Shown here: in pieces, positions 53,765 through 64,000 of the stretch
Position numbering within the stretch: the stretch's first letter is position 1
Layout: every line of letters starts with the position of its first letter
Source of the DNA: Haliotis cracherodii
Taxonomy: Eukaryota
DNA length: 64,000 nt
Assembly: GCF_022045235.1 (NCBI RefSeq)
Contig: NW_027266341.1
Coordinates: 26,350,001 to 26,414,000, forward strand
Direction: 5' to 3'
The notes under the pieces: model-generated
Told to the model about the DNA's origin: nothing
The model's database searches: none
Seen by the model: only the letters and a program-made list of their open reading frames with translations
Made by a program: the position numbers and the translations under genes

Positions 53765-54043
53765 TCTAAGTGTCCAAAAGGCTGTATAGTATTACTTCCC
53801 CAGAGGTTTTCTTTACATTATTTGATGTCAGGTTAGAACGATTCTTTTATACGCATCTTAGATTTGAGGGATCAATAGATTTGAGAGCAAAGAGAAAATT
53901 CACCGACTGGCTTGTAATGATCGGACCACAGACACCCAGTGCTTCAGGTTTTAGTGCCTGTGGCTTGTTCGTAGTGTTGGATACCATTATAACTGACTGA
54001 ATATTATCAATTCATGGATCTCTTCTATGTTTGTTTTTTTAGG

Positions 54044-54216
54044 GGGGGGATGGTCGGGTGGCCGAGTGGTTAAAGCGTTCGCTCGTCACGCCGAAAACCC
54101 GGGGTCGATTCCCGACATGGGTACAATGTTTGAAGCCCATTGCTGGTGTCCCCCGCCGTGATACTGCTGGAATATTGCTAAAAGCGGCGTAAAACCATAT
54201 TCACTCACTCACTCAC
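54044..54216 (+). mobile_element. tRNA(Asp-like)-headed SINE family B; other copies at 21131-21290 (-), 28347-28506 (+), 34325-34487 (+)
   Basis: A box gtggccgagtggttaaagc, ctcgtcac anticodon-like loop, B box g(g/t)tcgattcc; tail gctggaatattgct..gcggcgtaaaac..(actc)n shared with family A. Confidence 0.88.
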
Positions 54217-57200
54217 TATGTTTTGGACTTCTTTGACAGGTGGAGATCAGAAATAATTGATAAATATATTGAAGAATTGTGCTGTTTAAATGTTTCCATC
54301 AAAATTCATACTATTGGTAACAATTCCAGATATAATCTTTATAGTGAATATAATTTTTTTTTGGATCTAGTGTCTTTATGCAATAAGCGAATTAAGACAT
54401 CGAAATATTTTCGTGATTTTTAGAGGGGAACTATTACGATTGAGATAAAAATGAAGGAGGGTGGTAAAAAATCGATATATGGATGACATGATACGATTCC
54501 GACAATATCATGATCACGTGTTTATGAATAACTATCAAATAGTGATGATACCAGATGTTCGCGAAAAGGTGAGCGTATCCTGCCCCACCGGTTGCACCGT
54601 CACAAACACATGCAATGGCAAGTTATTTGTTCAGGAAATCCACGGACCTTCTATTCAGAGGTCGGACGCCCTGTCCACATGACTAAAGAGGTTAACACCG
54701 TCAGCAAGCTGACAAGGTAAGGATGCCATCTGTGGGATGACGCCACGCATTTGTTTGCTACATAAAGCATTTGTTTGTCTTGAGTATCATGTTTGACTTC
54801 CGCCCCCATCAATATGATATAACAGAACGTTTACTCAGAATCCCATAACTTCCCTAGGAACACTTTGACATGTGCAGAACGTCACGACTCATGAACAGAT
54901 TGTAGCAGTTTCCTTTTTATTTAAATATTTGTGAACAATGTATCAAAAAACATAAACAAACAAATAAAATGCAGCATACAGTACAATTAAATGTTTTCGT
55001 AAGTTTTTTTGCATTCAAAACACACTAAAGGGAAGGGGAACTCCTATTTTTTTAATTATTTTTTAAATTTATATCGGAAACAGGGACTGTTTCCAGTCTA
55101 ATAGCCTAAACAATCCGTAAAAGATCCATTCATTTTCTGAGGGGTAATAGGGTCACAGGCATTGCGATCGTTGTTATCATAGCAACTGGTCATAGAAGAA
55201 AACCTTAAACATATTAACTTTATTGCCGAATTATATAAAGCCGACATTCGTCTTTTCTTTTGGAAGTAAATTGCTGGTACAAAATACTTCTGTACCCTCA
55301 AACACTCAAGCACTCGTACATTTTTATTGCACATCTACTGAAGCGTCAGTAGTCACAAGTTGTCTCTCTTTGACCACTAGACTCATCACGGGAACTGCGA
55401 CGGAAACAACTTCATAGTGTTTGTCAACAAACGACACCGTTGAGTGCGTTTGGTCAACGTTGCTTTGAACACTACTCCTGTCATTTTATGACGCGTCAGC
55501 TTGATTTCTGGGGAAATCCAAAGTGATGCAGAACTTTTACGTTGCCGCTTTGCTGCAAATCCCGAGCATTGTTATGGTGCTGACAATTATAATCTGGGAG
55601 TATCAGGATTCGAACCAACCATCAGAGATTTCTGGAAAGCATATTAAGGTAGGCAACTCTGCACAGGGAATTTCAGCGCCATGGTTGAGTTGGTCACCCA
55701 TGCTCCCCGAAATTGATGAATCGCAACATGTTTCAGATATTACACTGAACATTATAACGCATCTTACCTGAAACTTATTGTCAATAAATAAAAACGCGTT
55801 TGTCTATATCAGCAGCCCAGTGGTACAGAGTTCCGCAAATAAGTACGCAGAGTTGCGTCCCTTCTCTGCGCTAGGATCCACTGGTGATGTCTTCGAATCT
55901 CGGATTAGGTCCGATTAGGATATTTGATTCATTGATTTAAATCTGTTTCAGTTTAATTATCATACAATGTAATTAAAGGGAGAGCATTATAAGGACGATT
56001 GGCAGTCCTACCAATTTTGAGCTGAGTCATTCAAAACTACACTAGGTTTGGTTTGTTGTTTAACGCCGCACTCAGCAATATTTCAGCTATATGACGGCGG
56101 CCTGTAAAATAATCGAGTCTGGACCAGACAATCCAGTGATTGACATCATGAGCATCGATCCACGCAACTGGAATACGATGACATGCATCACCTAAGTCAG
56201 CGAGCCTGACTTACCCGATCCTGTATGTCGCCTCTTACAAGTAATATCATTGCTTTTTTACAGGATGCTGACGTCACTGTGGTTAGAATAGGCCCCCAGC
56301 AACCGATGCTGGTGATACGAGGTGATGAAACGGTTTGGTGGTGATCATTAGGCTCGGTGACCTGGTTGATTGCGTGTCATCGTACCTTAACGGCGTGAAC
56401 TGTTGCTCATGACATCCACCTCTAGTCTGTCTGACTCGATTATTTCCGGGTCATTACGGTCATGATGTTGGAATAATGACAAAGGCGTTGAACAACTGAC
56501 GGATAATAAAACATCTACCTCCTTGGGACCCGGAAAACGGAAACGCTAATGTGAAACTAACTGTGAACGGATGGTCAGGTTCTCGGAAACTGTTCATAGC
56601 GTGTCATTGTTTCCCGACGGCGTGACGTTGCTTATAATATCAACCACTTGTTTTATTCATGGGTTGCTGATGATCTATTCTACAACGGACATTCAGGGGT
56701 CGGCTATCTATGAATGTACAAGGGTACATGTAAAATCATCAACAGGTTCTTTCTGAACTGTACACACTTTTCTCACTCATGAAAGTATGTGTATTGTTTT
56801 GAAACAACAAGTGGTAATAACCAAGCGGAATTCCGTGGCTAGAATTGATCCACAGCATCCCCCGCTGGTTGTAAGAGGCGACCAAATAGCTCGGGAGGTC
56901 AGATAGTGCAAGGCCGTAGTTAACTTTTTATGACAGGGGGGTGCTAATATTTGTACAAGTACGTCTTGTCCCCAACTTGTATTTTCATGAATCAAATCTG
57001 TTTTCTATAAAAAGACACAAACGCGATGCATCAATTTGTACTGCCAAAAGAGTCTGTGAGTGGATGTTGTTTACCGTCAGTAATATTCCATCTAAATTCC
57101 GACGCCCTGTAAATATTCAAGTTTGACAATTCAAACAAGTGGTTGATAGCACTGTCCACTCACTCAGACAGGTCACATAGCAACCATGCGAATATCGTTT

Positions 57201-58150
57201 TGGTTGGCGTTTAGGACATATAATTGTTTGTTGTTTAACGCCGCAGCAATATTCAAGCATATAAAGCGTACTCGTGACATGTGTTGCCCCCAAATACCAC
57301 TGTGAACACCCGGGGAAGAATAGGTCTTCAGCAATCTATGCTTGCCGTAAAAGGCGACTGTGCTTGTCGTAAGAGCTGACTCACGGGATTGGGTGGTCAG
57401 GCTCGCTGACTTGGTTGATGCATGTCATCGTATCCAATGGAATATTGCTGAGTGTGGCTTTAAACAACAAACAACCAACCCAACACGGATACACGAGGTA
57501 CAAGATGTTAAAGAAAACAGACTTGCATTTTTCATCAGGTTGCAAATTTTCAAGCAAATCCTTTTCCGAGTGTTTGGAGAAACCAAGCCAGTGAAACAAC
57601 CATCAGTTGAGCAGTTTATAGTTTATTCAGATGTAAGGATGAGGCATAGAAGGTAAAATATATTAAACATGTATCAACATCAACAGTATCCCCATCAAAA
57701 TGTTAAATGTTACCGTTATGTTCAGAAACCCCTTAAACACGCTGAAGATCGGTTTATTAGAAATAACTTTTTCAAAATGTATTATCATGCATATATAAAC
57801 AGAAACATCGTAACTTAACAACTATTAGTACAAAACAAACTTCATCAATGCAACACCATGATCATTTGATGACAGACATGGTTCATTGTGGTTTTGTTAC
57901 AAAAATATACATATATTTCAGTTATCATTTATGACATTCTCGGAAGATCAGCTGATCCGACTGAGCTAGAGCATCGACGTATCCACATGGTGTGGTTCGA
58001 TGGTCATGCTATAGGCACCTGGCTCACCAATATTACAATAACACAGCTGTGTGAAGACTTGTAACTAGATACAGGAGGAACAGAGCTTTTTATCAATGTG
58101 TAAAGATGTGATGACCACAAAAAAACATTTGTGATATGTACAAATAGCTG

Positions 58151-58325
58151 CACAGTTGAACCTCGCTAAATCACACTCAAATGTTTCGACATATCGTTTA
58201 AGATAAGCCTTGGCCCTGGAGCCTTTTGACACTACCAGTCCACAGTGGAACCTCGCTAAATCAAACTCAAATGTTTCGGTATATCGTTTACGATAAGCCT
58301 TGGCTCTGGAGCCTATTTACTACAA
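58151..58325. repeat. 90-bp tandem duplication
   Basis: cacagt(t/g)gaacctcgctaaatca..ataagccttgg..ctggagcc at 58151 and 58241. Confidence 0.85.
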
Positions 58326-58337
58326 GTCTTGAACTAC

Positions 58338-58590
58338 CATCTTCCCGAGGTAAGAGAGTTAACTGACTTTAAAAGTCAAGTTTCCACCCTTGCCGAACTG
58401 GCCTGGAATTACTGGGCTCGATCGTAGCGCCACCAGTGGCTATTACCAGTTATGTCCCTTCTAAGCCTCTCCTATGGGTCAATCAGATTCCACCTCTCGT
58501 ATCGCTTGCTTCACACAAAATGGTTGCGCCCGGTCAGGACGATCTGATCTGATTTTTATAGTCAGTTAACTCTCTTGCCTCGGGAAGATG
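58338..58590. mobile_element. MITE with CATCTTCCCG.. TIRs and 8-bp TSD (P/hAT-type)
   Basis: TIR catcttcccgaggtaagagagttaactgac / gtcagttaactctcttgcctcgggaagatg, flanked by TSD tgaactac (58330-58337, 58591-58598). Confidence 0.9.
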
Positions 58591-59798
58591 TGAACTACAG
58601 GTAACACAACATATTTGCGATGACCACACAGATTTCGAGGTTTTAACGAGGTTTTGATAATTGTATAACATATTCCGCAGCATCAACAGTAAAATGATAT
58701 CAAAGCACACACCGTTCACACGGGAGCAACTAAACAACAGATTATCTAGACTTACCAGACATATCTTAAAGGGGGACAATTGTCAATACAATTTCAAATC
58801 TTCAAACACTATTTTCTTTGTCAGCTAACTCAAATTTTAAGATGAACATCATGTGATGCATCGTAGTAGTTAATGAATACCCTAATCACATATAGATGAT
58901 GTCACAGATGACACTATTACAATATTGACACAGAACGTGAAAACGGGCTAGAGATCTCGTGGAAATGTCCCCAATGGTCCAGCAGGGTTACAATAAGAAA
59001 AGAAGAATACAAGCGTAAGACATTCTCATAAAGAGAAAACAAAATAAGATATCATTTGAAAGCAAATATAGCAGATGTAAATGGAAATAGGGCAAAAACT
59101 AATACGTAACAGGTTTGAAATGAGCCAAGAAAAAGCTGTAACTATATATATGTCTTCATAATCGTAAGATCCGGGACAATAAAAAGGGGTGAAAGTAACC
59201 GTCTTCAACAAGGCATAACAAAACCGGAAACTTCAAAAAGAAAACGCATGGGTAATATTTAATTAACCCTTGCGAAAAAGTATTGTTTCAAATTCCCGTA
59301 ACAGATCAAGGGTGAAAATCAATGCAAATCGGAGTTTGTGATCAACGACCAGTGGGTCCTGACACAGGATGTGGATGAACATGCATAGTGTGAATGTCGT
59401 CAGTCCTGAATGAGGTTTAACAATACATCCATGAACTGCCATTATTGTTTCCCTTTCTTTTAAGACATGGACAATTTATTTCAAAAGTGCAGAATGAAAT
59501 AATGTTTTATCAAGTTTTAGGCAAAAAATATTGTCTGTAATATTATTTGTAATGAATAATGTACCAAAATGGTTATTGATCAAGAAACGCGCTACATCCT
59601 CCTGTAGCAGGTGGGTAGCCTTGGTGTTAAAGCATCCTTTTGACAGGTGGAAGATGTAGGTTAGTTTCCAAACATGTGTAAACATGTACTTGGTGTACCC
59701 CACCGTGACATGGGAGTGATATTGCTACAAGTGGTGGGGAAGCCATACTTACTCACTCGTAGATCACTCTAACATGAGAGGCATACACACCAACCAGC

Positions 59799-62700
59799 CT
59801 ACATGGTGTTACAAAGGGGACAACGTTTGTCGTTGTCCTTGTAACAGGTTTCACAGAAGTCAGCTTGACACTCTGAACTTCTGCATCTCCAACCATTTCG
59901 GGTCTCTTCTTCACACTGCACACAGTTGACCGTTGCCCCCTTCTTGAAACAAGCTATTCGAGAGCAACAGGATGACCGCTTTGATTCCTCCTTTGATTTG
60001 ACCTCAGTGTCCTTGAGAGGCCGATCTAACATCATTTTCTTGAGGTCATCCATAAAACTTCTCCGCTTCACTTCAATGAGTCGATACAGATACTGCACTC
60101 TTGCAGTTTCTTGCTCAGGGTAATAGAAAGCTGCAATCTTGTGTCGGAACCGTAAGCCATATGCTTGCAATACTACAAACGTTATGGCCAGGATGTACAG
60201 AATAAGGAGCACATACAGATTATTCTGGTCAGGAGTGTTTGGCATAGGCAGGCACTTCTCAATATCAAGAGAAGTGTCGTAGGTGTGTTCTATGTTAAAG
60301 CCTGAGATAAACTTTTTGAAGACATTAGTTATTAAACCAGACCCTTCAACTATCAACTGGAGTCTGGACATTCCAGATAAATTGAACTCAAAGCGACCAT
60401 GCTTATTGATCAGATACAGAATATAATAGAACAGGTAATCAAAGATGACTAATAAGGCCGCAATCAGCACATGCATGAGAACAGTCACCATACCATTCCT
60501 CCAAGTGCGGAATTCTGAAGGTGACAGTCGTATCGAGGTTGAATCAATGTATTTCTTCTTTTCGTTCCTCTTAAGTGGCAACAGCTGCTTCTCCTTGTTC
60601 TGTACTCTGGATGCATCAAGCGCCTTCATCTGTTTTGTTAGGTAGATATTATCAAAGCGAAGGTTGGATAAGTACTTCTTGCTGTAGAAGAATGCTTGAA
60701 TTAGGACCAACATTATCAAGAAAGACAATACTCTGTTGATCACGTTGACAATAAAGAAAGCTACATCGAGTTTTTCCTTGAGGTCCGTTCGAATACTGTC
60801 TAATATCTCCGAAGCGCTTCCAGACGAGTTGGCTTGACCTGAAACTTCCCCTATGTTTCTCAGTTGGAAGTTGAAGAGTCCCTCTACCTTTCTTATTTCA
60901 TTCAAAACTTCTTTTACTCCGTTAGTTATCGCATTGTCAGCCAAGGACAATGGTGAACAGAGGTCGATGCTTTTGAGTCCGTTACATAACTGCCCAGCTT
61001 TGAGGACGCTACATATGTCATCTGCTATCGCTCGTGTATGTCTGTAATCAAACAAAACACATATTTAAAAGGGATTCTTTACCCATTTCAGAAGTTTTCA
61101 AAAACAGGATGTGAATGTGATCGTGAGTACATGCCACGTTTATTGACAGCAACAGGCTACTTCCTGCTCTTTTATAGGTGATTAAATGGTAATGATGTGT
61201 AAGGTTATTCCAATGTGCTCTTCAAAGTCGTACATCTGCCTCGTCATACATACAACCAAGTTCGTTAACAAATGTAACTGCAATTTCAAAACCCTTCACT
61301 TCCAATATTTGTAATAACAACACTCTGTTGGCACGTGTGATCATGTCCTGCCATATCAAACGTTTGGTTATCATGTAATAGCCACTAATATGGCTTCATC
61401 GAACTATTTATGGATATTTTTATATATGAGTAAATTGTTTAGATGACTGAATATCTGAATAGTTTGTTAATTATGCCTACCTGGATCTTTTGGCATGATC
61501 AGATTCCGCCGGAATTACGTCTCGTTTCCTACGAAAGATAAATCCTTTCAGACCACCTTTGATTTTATCTACCACATTGCCAGGATTCAGTTTATCTGTT
61601 ACTGATGAAATCTTCTGTCGACACGATCGCTCAGCCCCACTTAGAACATTGGCACACTGGGAAAACACAGATCCATAGGATGATCTGCAGACCTTATAAA
61701 AAAAAGAAAATATTTTCAGTAATCAAGAACATATCATAAATTCAATCACTCGTAACAGATGAACGATAATCGTTGTCCAAAGTATACAGGCGTGTCAGGG
61801 AAATAACGTCAATCAGGATGGTTCACTTCCTGATTAAATCATCTTTGCTAGTTCACAAATGATATGGAGCAAAACCTCTTTGAGTAAAGGTATGGGTTTC
61901 CGGAGAGGTTTGTTCTTAATGGGTGTCACTGAAGATAAAAGTAATACTCATACTTGGAACTACATGTATTGACTTTTTTTCAGAGACGAGAACCGAAGGC
62001 AAGTTTCATCTATCCCCCAGTTTTGAGACAGAAGGATTGATATAGGATTCAAAACAGTTTGAATACTTTCAACTTAAAGATTAGTTTATAAACTGACCCT
62101 CGAGGCTTCCTGAAAAGCACTTGATGCCTTTTCTAGTCCTCCACTAACAGCAGCGAATCCTTTCTTAAGCCCATCGAATGCTTTACTTATTTCGTCGGTT
62201 GTATCCCTTATGTCACTTGCAGTCTGAAGAAGTGTCTCCTTGACCTCCTGCAGTGGTTCCTGAAGCCTCTGCTGCAACATCTGACTCTGGTTGTAGGCCA
62301 GCTCCGTGATGCACGCCATGGTGTCCGCAACCTGCCACATGAGCTTTTTATTATCGGGTGTTTTGACATGGATACTCTAAATTTAGACCTTAGGACCTAC
62401 AATTTCGTCTTTTTAAATAAAAGTGACAAAACCAACCAATAGCTGGAATATTGCTGAGTGCGACGTTAAACAACAAACCAAACCAAACACTCGTGAGAAT
62501 CACATTTTGAACTTACTTCGTTTGTATTATTGACAATGTTGGTAACTGGTCCCATCAGCAGCAGCCCGGCGATGATGGACAAGAACGCTGTACGACCCTT
62601 GCCTGTGAATATACTGACACTCATCAGTGCTGTCACACATCGAGCACGGACTGACACAGCCAGCAGAATACACATGACCAGAGTTGCTGCCCCTGCTATC

Positions 62701-63431
62701 CCCCCTGCTACACTGAAGCTGTACTGGAAGCTGAAGTGCAGGGCAGCAAACAGCCCCCCTCCAAGAAGGACGCCAACAAGCACGCCTAAAGCAGCTTTTA
62801 TCCCCCTGTGGTCATCGGTCCTGCTTTTGAACAAATTCTGGCCGAGTTTCTCGAGTGCATCCACACCTGCTGACAGTTTCCCCTTCGTTCCTGTCTTGTG
62901 CTCGATTGAATCATTTGGCTTGGTTTCATCCTCGCCAGCGCTTATGCAAGAAGTGTTCAAATTGAGTATATGAACATTGATTTGGGATACCTTGTTCGCT
63001 GATTTGGTATAATCACTGAAAAATGGAACATTTATTGATCACTTGACCAGTATTTAAACAAAGACAAACATATGGATTTAAAATCATCTCCAAGTGGACA
63101 GTAGGGCGGGGAGTAATGTAACACTAACTTTTGAACACAGGTACACCCCAGTACACACATATAAATGAACATCGCAAAGTAAAAGCTATCCCTGAGATGG
63201 ATATTACCCACACGGTAACAATGTGTGCTGCCAATTTTTGTTGTTTCTCGTAATATCAACCACTGGTTTGTCTGGCCCAGACTCACATATTTCTGGAATA
63301 TAGCTTGAAAATTGCTGGAGTACAGAGTCAAACAACAAACAAACATTTGTTTATATTAAGGACAAGTGTTGACAGTGTTGTGTTGACAGTGCATAAATGT
63401 TCTACCTTTTCATTCCTTTTGATTTCGACAT
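59799..63431 (-). CDS. DC-STAMP domain-containing protein (DCST1/DCST2/sneaky/SPE-42-like), ~712 aa; exons 63431-63406, 62940-62517, 62331-62098, 61692-61481, 61041-59799 (5' end uncertain)
   Basis: Phase-consistent GT/AG junctions (2,0,0,2). N-terminal TM segments with RCVTALM..GKGR..GPVTNI..N; coiled ectodomain; FDNIYLT; CLPMP; LRFRHKIAAFYYPEQETARVQYLY; C-terminal C4C4 RING-like CVQC..CRSSEC..FCETC..CPLC. Confidence 0.88.
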
Positions 63432-64000
63432 CTTTGTCCTCTCTTCGACGTATTGCTGAGGGAACACACCCGCCTTCCCAATCCGTTTGTTCAAACCGAG
63501 ATACCAGCCAAGATACCAATGTCTCCCACGTCTTCCCTCTGGTTGTCATACGGGCATTTTGCTATGTATATGATTAGTCCATATGCTGAGAAGGCTTGTA
63601 AAACAGTTGTATACATTAATGGTTGCTCGACAATCAAACTCTCGTTCAAAGATTTGAGACGAGCTTCTTGATGCGCTAACCAAAGCCAGCATATTGTTGA
63701 TAACCTTCTGTTAATAAAATTCTACTGTGAGTGGAATTGTGGCATGTCACTTCATTTTGAGTTGCGCTTGTTAAAGGACAATCGTTTAAAAAATTACTTT
63801 AAGTTTGCATGAGTTCATGTGAATATGGGACCTCAGATTAGGGGCGAAAGTGCATAAATATGTGTCGAAAATGTAGTCGCTGAAGTAGATTCATAGGTGA
63901 TGTGAAAAGGGGGTTTAACGTCGCGCCCAAGATTACCGCACTAAAAGAGCGACGTTCCTGCATGTATATGTGTGGCTGCTTGTACTAGTCCGATTTTATA

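Noticed and set aside
54044-54120. tRNA-Asp-like gene (also 21215-21290, 28347, 42190-42288)
   Set aside because: The acceptor stem is not closed and the sequence runs into SINE body and tail; it is multi-copy, so these are SINE heads.
58425-58441. CTCF-like motif gcgccaccagtggc in the MITE
   Set aside because: It is one base short of the canonical spacing and cannot be supported from sequence alone.
63328-63549. ORF MTTRGKTW.. as first DCST exon
   Set aside because: Its frame gives a phase-0 donor, while the next exon needs phase 2. The overlapping SH3-like frame fits instead.

Overview
AT-rich, intron-containing animal genomic DNA. The SINE content looks molluscan, possibly abalone-like, but that is inference only. 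Bases ~1.3-53 kb hold a tandem birth-and-death cluster of 5-exon serine beta-lactamase/PBP-like (peptidase S12) genes. Three copies are intact and each splices to 562 aa (1371-6343 +, 21739-29811 +, 45126-52824 -). They carry a signal peptide, SxxK/YxN/HTG motifs, a DUF3471-like C-domain and a GPI-type tail. There are also two broken copies (11.3-13.9 kb, 32.2-39.3 kb) and two single-exon relics. The right end carries a minus-strand DC-STAMP-domain (DCST/sneaky-like) gene of ~712 aa, preceded by an in-frame SH3-like segment interrupted by one TGA. The rest is dense in SINEs (three tRNA-headed families and one abundant family with a non-tRNA, apparently pseudoknotted head), MITEs, Tc1/mariner and Penelope relics (with hammerhead-like motifs), and a SINE-born 21-bp minisatellite. 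One 129-N assembly gap lies at 36980-37108.
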